A DNA stretch of 32,000 nt. It comes from Nitratidesulfovibrio vulgaris str. Hildenborough (GTDB lineage: Bacteria > Desulfobacterota > Desulfovibrionia > Desulfovibrionales > Desulfovibrionaceae). The position numbers were made by a program, and so were the translations under genes. The notes under the pieces are model-generated. The model had not been told where the DNA came from. It did no database searches and saw only the letters and a program-made list of their open reading frames with translations. Positions 15,421-23,950 of this stretch are shown here, piece by piece; within the stretch, counting starts at the first letter, position 1, and each line of letters begins with the position of its first letter. The stretch covers positions 1,020,001-1,052,000 of the forward strand of contig NC_002937.3 in assembly GCF_000195755.1 (NCBI RefSeq), given 5' to 3'.

Positions 15421-17160
15421 ATGGCTGAAAATGAAAGCAACGTCGTGGTCGACCACGGGCAGTCGCGTCTGTCCGACCTGTGGACCAAAGAGGACTACTG
15501 GGCCATCTGGCTTGGTTTCGTCATTCTCATCGCAGGGATGTGGTTGTTCCTCGCCAATCCTTCGCCCGAATTCGCGCAGAAGGTGGACAAGGCCAACGCG
15601 GTCATGGCGGCAGAGGCCGAACGCGCGCCCTTCAAGACCCTTGCCTACTACAAGGCACAGGATGACAAGGGCAAGCTCAAGGCCATGGACTCCGCCACCG
15701 GCAAGTCCATCGGAGCCTTCCTGAAGGCGCCCGGAGGCTGGACATCGAATCCTCTCGAGTCCTTCGTGCTTTCCAAGGAAGCCGCCGAGGAGCGCAACGC
15801 CGCGGCAAAGTCGAAGTTCGAGGCCGCAAAGGCCAAGTCCGATGCCGCATTCGCTGCCGCGCAGGTGGCTGAGGCAGCCGCCGCAGAAGCCGGTTTTGCC
15901 GACACCGCACTCAATGACGCCGCGCAGGGCAAGATCGCCGAATGGCGCGCAGACCTTGCCAAGATGAAGTCCGCCGAGAAGAAGGTGAAGACCAAGGCCT
16001 TCAACATCTCCACGTCGCTGCCGATGCTCATGGTGGTCATGGGGCTGTTCTTCGCCATCGGCATGAAGTTCATGGGCCATGATGTTCCCAAGTTCCTTGT
16101 CGGCTTCATCGGCGTGTTCGTGGTTGCCGTCATCGCGCAGATGATGGGCCACCAGAGCACCATGAAGTACTGGGGCATCGGCACCGAAGCGTGGGCCATC
16201 ATCATCGGGATGCTCATCGCCAACACCGTGGGCACGCCCAATTTCATCAAGCCCGCCCTGCAGGTCGAGTACTACATCAAGACCGGTCTTGTGCTGCTGG
16301 GTGCCGAAGTGCTGTTCGACAAGATCATCGCCATCGGCATCCCCGGTATCTTCGTGGCATGGGTCGTCACCCCCATCGTGCTCATCTGCACCTTCATCTT
16401 CGGTCAGAAGATCCTGAAGATGCCTTCGAAGACGCTGAATATGGTCATCTCCGCCGACATGTCGGTGTGCGGCACCTCTGCTGCCATCGCCACGGCTGCG
16501 GCCTGCCGCGCCAAGAAGGAGGAGCTCACCCTGTCCATCGGCCTGTCGCTGGTGTTCACCGCCATCATGATGATCGTCATGCCTGCCTTCATCAAGTCCG
16601 TGGGCATGCCGCAGATTCTCGGCGGTGCATGGATGGGCGGTACCATCGACGCCACGGGTGCCGTTGCCGCTGCCGGTGCGTTCCTCGGCGAGAAGGCCCT
16701 GTACGTGGCTGCCACCATCAAGATGATCCAGAACGTGCTCATCGGTGTGGTCGCCTTCGGTGTGGCCGTGTACTGGTGCGCCCGCGTCGAATGCACTTCG
16801 GGCCGTAGCGTGGGCTGGATCGAAATCTGGAACCGCTTCCCCAAGTTCGTCCTCGGCTTCCTCACCGCGTCGATCATCTTCTCGATCATCTCCGGCAGCC
16901 TCGGCTCGGACATGAGCCAGATCATGGTCAACCAGGGCGTCCTGAAGGGTCTGTCGTCGCCGCTGCGTGGCTGGTTCTTCTGCCTCGCCTTCACCGCCAT
17001 CGGTCTTGCCACGAACTTCCGTGAACTGGCGCACTACTTCAAGGGCGGCAAGCCGCTCATCCTGTACGTGTGCGGTCAGAGCTTCAACCTTGTGTTGACG
17101 CTGACCATGGCCTACATCATGTTCTACATCGTCTTCCCGGAAATCACCGCGAAGATTTAA
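15421..17160 (+). CDS. YeiH/UPF0324-family (Cons_hypoth698, putative sulfate-exporter-type) membrane transporter with a large inserted loop
   Basis: The C-terminal ~380 aa is polytopic, with the family-typical [19 protein letters not shown] and [19 protein letters not shown] blocks. ATG at 15421 is preceded by AAGGAGGG. The N-terminus is one TM followed by a 154-aa Ala/Lys/Glu-rich segment. The 570-aa antisense ORF is a shadow. Confidence 0.85.
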   Translation: MAENESNVVVDHGQSRLSDLWTKEDYWAIWLGFVILIAGMWLFLANPSPEFAQKVDKANAVMAAEAERAPFKTLAYYKAQDDKGKLKAMDSATGKSIGAFLKAPGGWTSNPLESFVLSKEAAEERNAAAKSKFEAAKAKSDAAFAAAQVAEAAAAEAGFADTALNDAAQGKIAEWRADLAKMKSAEKKVKTKAFNISTSLPMLMVVMGLFFAIGMKFMGHDVPKFLVGFIGVFVVAVIAQMMGHQSTMKYWGIGTEAWAIIIGMLIANTVGTPNFIKPALQVEYYIKTGLVLLGAEVLFDKIIAIGIPGIFVAWVVTPIVLICTFIFGQKILKMPSKTLNMVISADMSVCGTSAAIATAAACRAKKEELTLSIGLSLVFTAIMMIVMPAFIKSVGMPQILGGAWMGGTIDATGAVAAAGAFLGEKALYVAATIKMIQNVLIGVVAFGVAVYWCARVECTSGRSVGWIEIWNRFPKFVLGFLTASIIFSIISGSLGSDMSQIMVNQGVLKGLSSPLRGWFFCLAFTAIGLATNFRELAHYFKGGKPLILYVCGQSFNLVLTLTMAYIMFYIVFPEITAKI

Positions 17161-17170
17161 GGGAACGGCT

Positions 17171-17192
17171 GGCGGGGGCTACGGCCCCCGCC
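17171..17192 (+). other. Intercistronic GC hairpin without a U-tract
   Basis: GGCGGGGGC (17171-17179), loop TACG, GCCCCCGCC (17184-17192). It lies between the transporter stop (17160) and the next SD (AAGGAG at 17202). Confidence 0.45.
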
Positions 17193-17213
17193 TCAATCCG
17201 CAAGGAGCGAAAG

Positions 17214-17471
17214 ATGGTACAGGCGAGTCTTCCGGTGAGGCTGCTGCGACTCGGATTCGGCATCGGGGTGTTGTGGTTCGCGTTCTGGGTGGTGGGGCCG
17301 CGCATCGTCGCCAGTGTTCCGGCCCTTGCCCACTACGGTGCGGTGCAGGACATCTACGGTATCCGTAGCGGAGCGCTCTATTACAATGATGTGGACGCCA
17401 CGCAGGCTGCCGAGAACAATTCACGGGACAGTTGGCGGTTCACGCCCCAGGGACCGGAACAAGGGGGCTAG
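17214..17471 (+). CDS. Small single-pass membrane protein (85 aa), unknown function
   Basis: AAGGAG lies 6 nt upstream of the ATG at 17214. One hydrophobic helix is present (LLRLGFGIGVLWFAFWVVGP), followed by a polar tail. It sits inside a co-directional gene string. Confidence 0.6.
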   Translation: MVQASLPVRLLRLGFGIGVLWFAFWVVGPRIVASVPALAHYGAVQDIYGIRSGALYYNDVDATQAAENNSRDSWRFTPQGPEQGG

Positions 17472-17556
17472 CCGTTGACGGGGCACGCTCCTGCCCCTAG
17501 ACTCCGTTTCATTCTGTAACGCGGCCCCGTGCCGCCTTTTTCGCTTTCGAGACGCC

Positions 17557-19989
17557 ATGCACAATCGCAAATCGCATACTCTGGAGCACAAGTTCCTGCT
17601 CAGCCTCGGGCTTGCCGGACTTGTCCTGTGCGTGGTCTTTTCCTTCATATTCTATGTGCATATGCGTGGAGTGGTCGAAGAGCAGGTGCGTGACAAGGCC
17701 GAACTGGTCTTCGCCCAGATTGACGCCATTCAGGGGTACGTGCGCGAGACGCTCCGGCCCAGCATGTTCAAGACGCACCCCGGCGAGTTCTTCATCGAGG
17801 GCATGTCCTCTTCGTTCATTTCCCGGAATATCATGGAACGCATGGGCGACAAGGCTGTCGGCCATGTCTACAGGCGGGTCGCCATCGGCGCACGCAACCC
17901 GGCGTCGGAGGCGGATGAGCTTGAGCGGTCGCTCATCGAGCGGTTCCGGGCTCGCGAGGACGAGACGCAGTGGGCCGGAACGCTGAACCTTCGCGGTACC
18001 GATCATTTCGTCATCACCCGGCAGGTGCGCTTCACGGCCGAATGCATGCCTTGCCATGGCGTGCCAGGCGACGCGCCGCCGGAGCTCATCCGCATGTATG
18101 GCGAAAGGGGCTTCGGGCACAAACTCGACAGCATCGACGGGCTCGACTTCGTCGCGTTCCCTGTCGGTTCCAGCGAAGCGCAGCTCAAGGGTGTCATCAC
18201 CTCCTATTTCATTCTCTTCGTGCTCTGCGCCACGTTCTTCTTTGCCACTGCATTCTTCGTGTTCAGGGTGCTCGTCGTGCGCCGTCTGCATGACCTTGCC
18301 GCCTCGTTCAGAAAGACGCTCGGTTTCGACGGGCAATCGCGAGCGCTTGAACGCCTCGACGGGCTTCAGGAAGGGGACGAGGTCGAAGAGATCGTCGAAC
18401 GGTTCGAGGATGTGGCACATCATCTCGCCGAGGCCCGTAACCAGTTGCAGGCGTATGCCGACAATTTGCGCGACATGGTGGACGCCCGCACCGAGGCCCT
18501 TTCGCAGGAGGCCGCAGAACGGCGCGCCGACGTGAGCCTGTTCGTGCAACTGCTCGAAGACATGCGTGGAACCCATACCCGCGAGCGTCTCTGGCGCGGA
18601 GCCCTGCCCCAGATTGCTAAACGGTTCGGCACGCGGCGTGTGGGCTATGTCTGCACCTTCGTGTCGCACAACCATTATGTGTGGCCGTCCAATGAACCCC
18701 TCCCGGAATTGCCTGAACCGCTCACCCCGCTGCTTACGGAGGGGCGTGTGCATGTTTTCGGAACGCGGGTCTTCGTGCCGGTGGAAGCGCAGGACGGGGC
18801 GACCGAGGGGTTGCTCTGCCTCGAATGGGCGACGCCCGAAGAGGCTGCGAGGCAGAATATGGATGTCTTGCGCGCACTCGGCAGACAGCTAGGAACCGTA
18901 GCCGAGAACATCTCTGCGCTCGATCGCATGATGCGGCAGATGGACCTGCTGCAAGCCGTCTTCGATGGTGTCGGCGACCCTCTCGCACTCCTCGACGCCA
19001 AGGGGCGACTTGTCATCGCCAATGATGGCGCACGGCGTCTGGCTACCGAACTCGGCGGCACCGACGGCTACGGCAATCTGCTGGCACCGTTGCTCGGTAC
19101 GTCGTGCGAGACCGAGATCGAAGCCGTTGCCCATGGCGGAGCCGTGTTGCACCGAGAGGTGCAACTGGATGACGGCAGGTCTTTCAGTGTGCAACTCTAT
19201 CCCTTGCCGCGTGTCGAGGAACGCCCCGGCAGGGTGGCGGCCTACATCCATGAAACCACCGCCGAGCGCCGGATGCTCGCCCGCGTGAATCAGAGTGAAC
19301 GCATGGCCACGGTGGGCAAGCTTTCTGCGGGCCTTGCCCATGAGATCAACAACCCGCTGGGCGTCATCCTGTGCTATGCCGAACTGCTGCGCCAGGGGGC
19401 GACCGCAGAACAGCAGGACGACCTGGGCATCATCCTGCGGCATACCCGGCAGGCCCAGAAGGTGCTGCGCGACCTGCTCGACTTCGCGCGGCCCAAGGCC
19501 TTTGAGGGGGTGCTGACCGACGCGGCTGGTGTGGCGCGGCGCATGGCGGAGGTCTTCGGGCCTCAGGCCGCCCACCGTGGGGGACGGGTACAGGTCGAGG
19601 CTGAAGATGGCTTGCCGCCTGCCCGCATCGGTGAGCAGGCCCTTGAGCAGATACTCTCGAACCTGCTCCTCAATGCCATCGATGCGCTCACAGGCGAGGA
19701 TGGACTCATCAGAATACGGCTTCGCAGCCATGGGCTGAACGTCCGTATCGATGTGGAGGACAATGGCCTCGGGGTGGAGACCGATGCCCTGCAACGGGTG
19801 TTCGACCCGTTCTATACCACCAAGGAGACAGGCACAGGGTTGGGGCTTTCCGTCGTCTATGGCATCGTGACCGATGCCGGAGGCACGGCGGAGGTCTTGC
19901 AAAGCCATGAACTGGGCGGTGCCGTCTTCCGGGTGACACTGCCGGCCGGGACCGCCCCTGAAGCCGGGGCCACAGAGGAGAAGGTGTAG
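17557..19989 (+). CDS. Membrane sensor histidine kinase with a periplasmic c-type-heme (CxxCH, DUF3365/Tll0287-like) domain, HAMP, GAF/PAS-like regions, HisKA and HATPase_c
   Basis: TM1 is LLSLGLAGLVLCVVFSFIFYV. The periplasmic block ends in RFTAECMPCHGVPGD, with the CxxCH motif at 18043-18057. TM2 is YFILFVLCATFFFATAFFVF. H-box KLSAGLAHEINNPLG, N-box LSNLLLNAIDA, G-boxes DNGLG and GTGLGLSV. Confidence 0.9.
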   Translation: MHNRKSHTLEHKFLLSLGLAGLVLCVVFSFIFYVHMRGVVEEQVRDKAELVFAQIDAIQGYVRETLRPSMFKTHPGEFFIEGMSSSFISRNIMERMGDKAVGHVYRRVAIGARNPASEADELERSLIERFRAREDETQWAGTLNLRGTDHFVITRQVRFTAECMPCHGVPGDAPPELIRMYGERGFGHKLDSIDGLDFVAFPVGSSEAQLKGVITSYFILFVLCATFFFATAFFVFRVLVVRRLHDLAASFRKTLGFDGQSRALERLDGLQEGDEVEEIVERFEDVAHHLAEARNQLQAYADNLRDMVDARTEALSQEAAERRADVSLFVQLLEDMRGTHTRERLWRGALPQIAKRFGTRRVGYVCTFVSHNHYVWPSNEPLPELPEPLTPLLTEGRVHVFGTRVFVPVEAQDGATEGLLCLEWATPEEAARQNMDVLRALGRQLGTVAENISALDRMMRQMDLLQAVFDGVGDPLALLDAKGRLVIANDGARRLATELGGTDGYGNLLAPLLGTSCETEIEAVAHGGAVLHREVQLDDGRSFSVQLYPLPRVEERPGRVAAYIHETTAERRMLARVNQSERMATVGKLSAGLAHEINNPLGVILCYAELLRQGATAEQQDDLGIILRHTRQAQKVLRDLLDFARPKAFEGVLTDAAGVARRMAEVFGPQAAHRGGRVQVEAEDGLPPARIGEQALEQILSNLLLNAIDALTGEDGLIRIRLRSHGLNVRIDVEDNGLGVETDALQRVFDPFYTTKETGTGLGLSVVYGIVTDAGGTAEVLQSHELGGAVFRVTLPAGTAPEAGATEEKV

Positions 19990-19991
19990 GA

Positions 19992-21422
19992 ATGGCAAAC
20001 AGGCAGAGGGTGCTTCTCGTCGATGACGAGCAGGATTTCGCCAACGGGCTGGCTCGCCTCATAGCCCGTCTTTTTCCAGACGTGCACGTGGATGTCGCCT
20101 TCTCCGGTCAGGACGCGCTGGAGCATATCCGCAAGCAGCGCGTCCACGTCATGGTGACCGACCTGCGTATGCCGGGTATGGGCGGCATGGAACTGCTCAG
20201 GCGGGTCATGGAGACGGAACCCGATGTGAGCGTCGTGGTGCTCACCGCCCACGGCACCATCGAGACCGCGGTGGAAGCGTTGCAGGCCGGGGCCTACGAT
20301 TTCGTGACCAAGCCCGTCGAGCCTGAACAGGTGGCGCGCGTCCTTCGCAAGGGACTTGAGAGGGCACGCCTGCTCGACGAGAACAGGCGCTTGCGCGACC
20401 TCGTGGCACTGGTGGGCGAATCCGGTGAACTGGTGGGCGAGAGCCCCGCCATGCAGTCTGTACGCCGCACCGTCGCCACGGTTGCCCCTTCCGACTACAC
20501 CGTGCTCATTCGTGGCGAGTCGGGTACCGGCAAGGAGATGGTCGCGCGGATGGTACATCGTTTAAGTCCGCGTGTTGACGAACCCTTTCTTGCCCTCAAT
20601 TGTCCGGCCATTCCCGAACATCTGCTTGAGAGCGAGCTCTTCGGTCACGTCCGGGGAGCATTCACAGGCGCGGAAAGGGATCGCAAGGGCCTGTTCTCCA
20701 TTGCCGACGGTGGCACTGTCCTGCTTGATGAAATCGGTGACATCTCATCGAACATCCAGACAAAACTGCTGCGCTTCCTGCAAGAGGGAGAGGTGCGCCC
20801 CGTGGGGTCGCCCCGCAATGAGCACGTGGACGTCCGCATCATCGCCTCCACCAATCAGGACCTTGAAGCCCGCATGGCGTCGCGCGACTTTCGCGAAGAC
20901 CTCTTCTACCGCCTCAATGTCGTCACCATCTGGGTTCCGCCGTTGCGTGAACGGCTTTCAGACATCCCTCTGCTTGCGGCGACGTTCCTCGCCCGTGCAA
21001 GTCGGGAACTCGGTGTACCGCAGCGTGACTTCGATGAAGGCGTCCTCGACCATCTCATGCGGCGCGAATGGCCGGGCAACGTGCGTGAATTGCAGAACTA
21101 CGTGCGCAGGCTCGCCCTGTTCAGCCGGGGGGATGGCATCACGCTTGATGCCGTGCAACAGGCCGAACAGAGCGAGAGCGGAGCCCCTGCCGCCCTCTGT
21201 GTGCCGTCTCCCGTGGCGGAGGGAGAGGTGATGCCCTACAAGGATGCCAAGGCATCGCTGGTCGAGTCGTTCAGTGAGAGGTACCTGCGCGACCTTCTGG
21301 AGAGTACGGGGGGCAATGTCACCGAGGCTGCCAGACTTTCGGGGCTGTCGCGCGTGTCCATCCAGAAGATGGTCGCCCGTTACGGTATCGATGCCGCAGC
21401 CATGCGTGCCAACGGCAGTTGA
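19992..21422 (+). CDS. Sigma-54-dependent response regulator (NtrC family: REC + AAA+ + Fis-type HTH)
   Basis: The receiver carries VMVTDLRMPGMGG. Walker A is GESGTGKE, the sigma-54 contact loop is GAFTGA, followed by ESELFGH and the Walker B LLDEIGD. The C-terminal HTH is GNVTEAARLSGLSRVSIQKMV. The start lies 2 nt after the kinase stop. Confidence 0.93.
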   Translation: MANRQRVLLVDDEQDFANGLARLIARLFPDVHVDVAFSGQDALEHIRKQRVHVMVTDLRMPGMGGMELLRRVMETEPDVSVVVLTAHGTIETAVEALQAGAYDFVTKPVEPEQVARVLRKGLERARLLDENRRLRDLVALVGESGELVGESPAMQSVRRTVATVAPSDYTVLIRGESGTGKEMVARMVHRLSPRVDEPFLALNCPAIPEHLLESELFGHVRGAFTGAERDRKGLFSIADGGTVLLDEIGDISSNIQTKLLRFLQEGEVRPVGSPRNEHVDVRIIASTNQDLEARMASRDFREDLFYRLNVVTIWVPPLRERLSDIPLLAATFLARASRELGVPQRDFDEGVLDHLMRREWPGNVRELQNYVRRLALFSRGDGITLDAVQQAEQSESGAPAALCVPSPVAEGEVMPYKDAKASLVESFSERYLRDLLESTGGNVTEAARLSGLSRVSIQKMVARYGIDAAAMRANGS

Positions 21423-21477
21423 CCGATGGCTGGCCGTGGGCCCGTGCCGCTCCTAGGTGGTCAGGCCCCGGACATCA

Positions 21478-22383
21478 TCACTTCGCGGCTGGTGCCCGCT
21501 GCATCGTGGCGATGAGGATGCCCCCGACGATGAGGGCGCAACTTGCCACGTGGGCGAGGGTTATCGTCTCGCCGAGAAGCAGGGCGGCTTCTGTCGCACT
21601 GAAAAGCGGTAGCGAATAGTAGACCAGTGCCGATTTGGCCGGGCCTATACGCTCAACGGCGACACTCCAGCACAGGTACGCCAGCAACGAGGCGCCAATG
21701 CCGATGTAGAGCACTGCGCCGACCACGGCGGGAGTCACCGCGAGTTGCGCACCGTGCCCCCATTCCCAAGCGAGCATGGGAAGGATGCCCACGACGCCGA
21801 TGGCGAACGTGGTGGTCAGCGACCCGAGGGCCGAAATGCCTTCGGGTTTCTTGCGTAGCAGGACGGAGTAGCTTGCGAAGGTGAGCGCAGCTGCCAGCAT
21901 CCACAGGTCGCCGACGGCGAATCGCAGCGAGGCGAGGCGTGTGAAGTCCCCTCTGGTGACAAGGACGAGTGTCCCGCAAAGCGAGACGGCGACCCCGGCG
22001 GCGCGGCGCAGGGTGACGGCCTCACCGAGAAGGATGCGGGAAAGGATGATGATCCAGACGGGCGACGAACTGGCTATGAGCGCCATGTTGATGGCTTCGG
22101 TGGTACGCCCCGCAATGTAGATGAACGTGTTGAACACCGAGACGCCCGTGATGCCTGCCATGATGAAATAGGTGAGGTTGGCGCGCAGAAGCGGCATGTC
22201 GCGGCGCACGGCACCAAGCCCGAAGGGCAGAATCACCACGAGGGCCGTGACCCAGCGCAGAAAGGATGTGGTGACGGGGGGGACGGTGTCGGCGAGGGCG
22301 CGGGCCACGATGAAGTTGCCCGACCAGATGACGGTGGCGGCAAGGGCGCAGAGGTAGCCAGTTGCCTTGGCAGAACGGGGCAT
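21478..22383 (-). CDS. EamA/DMT-superfamily permease (10 TM)
   Basis: A 301-aa polytopic protein with a duplicated EamA pattern (ATVIWSGNFIVAR... and ...SYSVLLRK ... YSLPLFSATEAALLLGE). Confidence 0.85.
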   Translation of the reverse strand: MPRSAKATGYLCALAATVIWSGNFIVARALADTVPPVTTSFLRWVTALVVILPFGLGAVRRDMPLLRANLTYFIMAGITGVSVFNTFIYIAGRTTEAINMALIASSSPVWIIILSRILLGEAVTLRRAAGVAVSLCGTLVLVTRGDFTRLASLRFAVGDLWMLAAALTFASYSVLLRKKPEGISALGSLTTTFAIGVVGILPMLAWEWGHGAQLAVTPAVVGAVLYIGIGASLLAYLCWSVAVERIGPAKSALVYYSLPLFSATEAALLLGETITLAHVASCALIVGGILIATMQRAPAAK

Positions 22384-22504
22384 GATGCTTCCTGGTAGGC
22401 TTCGGTTGGTAAGAAGCTAGCTCATGCGATGTTGGGGGCTTGCCGTCAAGTAGGCACTTTTGCGGAACCAAGGCTCGTGGGAGGGGGGGGCACTGCCATC
22501 CCGG

Positions 22505-22547
22505 CCCGTCGGCCTTTCCGTGTGCGGGAAGCGGAAAGGCCGACGGG
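22505..22547 (-). terminator. Long perfect hairpin downstream of the 157-aa gene
   Basis: CCCGTCGGCCTTTCCG (22505-22520) pairs perfectly with CGGAAAGGCCGACGGG (22532-22547), a 16-bp stem. No clear U-tract follows on the minus strand. Confidence 0.45.
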
Positions 22548-22558
22548 GGGCTGGGCTG

Positions 22559-23032
22559 CTAGGCGTTGCGCCTGCGCAGGAGGGCTGCGCTCATGGCGAT
22601 GTTGCCAAGTAGCGACAGGCCGAGGAGAGTCGCCGTGAGGCCGGAAGGGCCTTCGGCGTTGCCGGAAGGCTGTCGGGCGGTGGATGAGTCCGCACCGGCA
22701 GCAATGGTCATTTCAGAGCGGTGTCCCATGCCGTCGCTGACGACGAGGCGCCATGAGCCGGGCTTGTCCGGAAGGACGGCGATGCGGCCCTTCGCGTCTG
22801 TTCGGGCGTTCTGGTGCTCGACCCCTTCCGGGTCGAAGAGGGTCGCCTCGGCGAACGCCATGGGGGTGCCGTCGGAGTAGTAGAAGCGGATTGCCTCGGC
22901 GTTGAGCGTTTCAGGCACATGGCCGACGCCATGAGCGTGGGCGGTGTCGTTCCATGCCGCAAGCACCGTGAGTAGTGCTATTGCCATGGCATTCAAGGCG
23001 ACCGGGCGCGTGAGGCGGAAACCCTGAAGCAC
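22559..23032 (-). CDS. Exported His-rich beta-sandwich-like protein with a C-terminal membrane anchor (157 aa)
   Basis: The signal peptide ends in ...AWNDTAHA, leaving the mature start HGVGH. GRIAVLPDKPGSWRLVVSDGMGH resembles transthyretin/carboxypeptidase-regulatory folds. The C-terminal TM is LTATLLGLSLLGNIAMSAALL followed by RRR. A GTG start lies 2 nt after the upstream stop with a GAGG SD. The ATG at 22987 is an alternative start. Confidence 0.7.
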   Translation of the reverse strand: MLQGFRLTRPVALNAMAIALLTVLAAWNDTAHAHGVGHVPETLNAEAIRFYYSDGTPMAFAEATLFDPEGVEHQNARTDAKGRIAVLPDKPGSWRLVVSDGMGHRSEMTIAAGADSSTARQPSGNAEGPSGLTATLLGLSLLGNIAMSAALLRRRNA

Positions 23033-23034
23033 GT

Positions 23035-23796
23035 CTACCTCACAGGGAATACGAGCGTGGCGCGCATCACATGGGCGTCATACTCTGCCGTCTTCGTCCT
23101 GTCGGTGTGTTCAACGCGCACCATCCACAAGCCCGATGTCGAAAGCCTGATGGACGCTAGGCCGTCCCCGCCCGGTTCCGTAAGGTAGGCCCATGTGTTG
23201 GCGGCGTCACTGAACCCGTCATACGTGGCGGTCACGCTTTCGGGTGCGAAGGGCTTGCCGTCGAGCAGTACCTTGAAGCGGACGGTGTCTCCGGGGCGGG
23301 CCGCAAGCGGGTTGTCCACGGGGACGATCTCGAGCCTGTCTCCAGCGACCTTATCAAACCCTTCGGTCTTGCCGTCGACCGGAAGGAGCGTCTTGGCGAA
23401 TTTCTCGTACTTGTTGCTGGTGATGGCATTCTTGTGGGTGTCGCGCCCGCCCTTCAGCCAGCCTTTGGGGGTGTTGCTCCAGATTTCCCCTTTGCGGTGG
23501 GCACGAAGCAGCGCTGCGCCGGACTTGCCAAGCTTCACCTTGCCCTCATGCTGGAGGAAGACGCTGTCGGCCTGCAAGGTGATATCCTTGCCTTCGTAGG
23601 TCGCTGACACGCTGGCGGGGTCTTCGAGTTCTTCACTTTTGAGAAAGGCGTGAGTGGCTACCAGTCCGAACGGTACTTCCTGCCCGGTGTGGTACACCTG
23701 CCACGGTTGCGGAACGAGTGCGAATTCGTGGGCCGCAGCCCCGGACGGCAGGGCAAGAAGCAGGGTGATGACGGACGCGGCGATGCGGGTACGCAT
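23035..23796 (-). CDS. Periplasmic DUF4198-type (formerly labelled NikM-like) metal-binding protein
   Basis: The signal peptide ends in ...ALPSGAAA, leaving the mature start HEFALVP. The overall pattern (GDRLEIVPVDNP..., GDTVRFKVLLDGKP, GLWMVRVEH) matches my memory of DUF4198 proteins. AGGGAG SD is present. Confidence 0.7.
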   Translation of the reverse strand: MRTRIAASVITLLLALPSGAAAHEFALVPQPWQVYHTGQEVPFGLVATHAFLKSEELEDPASVSATYEGKDITLQADSVFLQHEGKVKLGKSGAALLRAHRKGEIWSNTPKGWLKGGRDTHKNAITSNKYEKFAKTLLPVDGKTEGFDKVAGDRLEIVPVDNPLAARPGDTVRFKVLLDGKPFAPESVTATYDGFSDAANTWAYLTEPGGDGLASIRLSTSGLWMVRVEHTDRTKTAEYDAHVMRATLVFPVR

Positions 23797-23834
23797 GAGT
23801 GACTCCCTGAAATGTGTGTTACGAATAATAAAAA

Positions 23835-23863
23835 AGTATGCGCTATGGGTAGTCTTATTTCAA
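23835..23863 (-). promoter_or_regulatory. Candidate sigma-70 promoter for the DUF4198 operon
   Basis: On the minus strand: TTGAAA (23858-23863), 17-nt spacer, CATACT (23835-23840). It lies in the most AT-rich stretch of the window. Confidence 0.35.
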
Positions 23864-23950
23864 AAAGGTGTCAAGGTGGAAAGGCTTCTGTGGGTTGCCC
23901 CCTTGCCATGGGCAGGGTATGGACGTGATTTCGATCGCCAAGAAGGGAGC

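Noticed and set aside
15322-17034. 570-aa ORF on the minus strand
   Set aside because: It is fully antisense to the transporter gene. The translation is dominated by G/D/H/R/E runs with no protein-like pattern. This is a typical shadow ORF of a GC3-rich gene, and the plus-strand product has clear family motifs and an SD.
17509-19998. 414-aa and 369-aa minus-strand ORFs
   Set aside because: Both lie antisense to the CxxCH sensor kinase, whose H, N and G boxes are intact on the plus strand. They are shadow ORFs.
23866-23950. Possible Moco riboswitch upstream of moeA (a GGAAAGG word at 23877-23883)
   Set aside because: Only this short word resembles the motif as I remember it. The conserved CCGAGCC-type core and long paired elements are not visible. 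The space, about 85 nt, is also too small.
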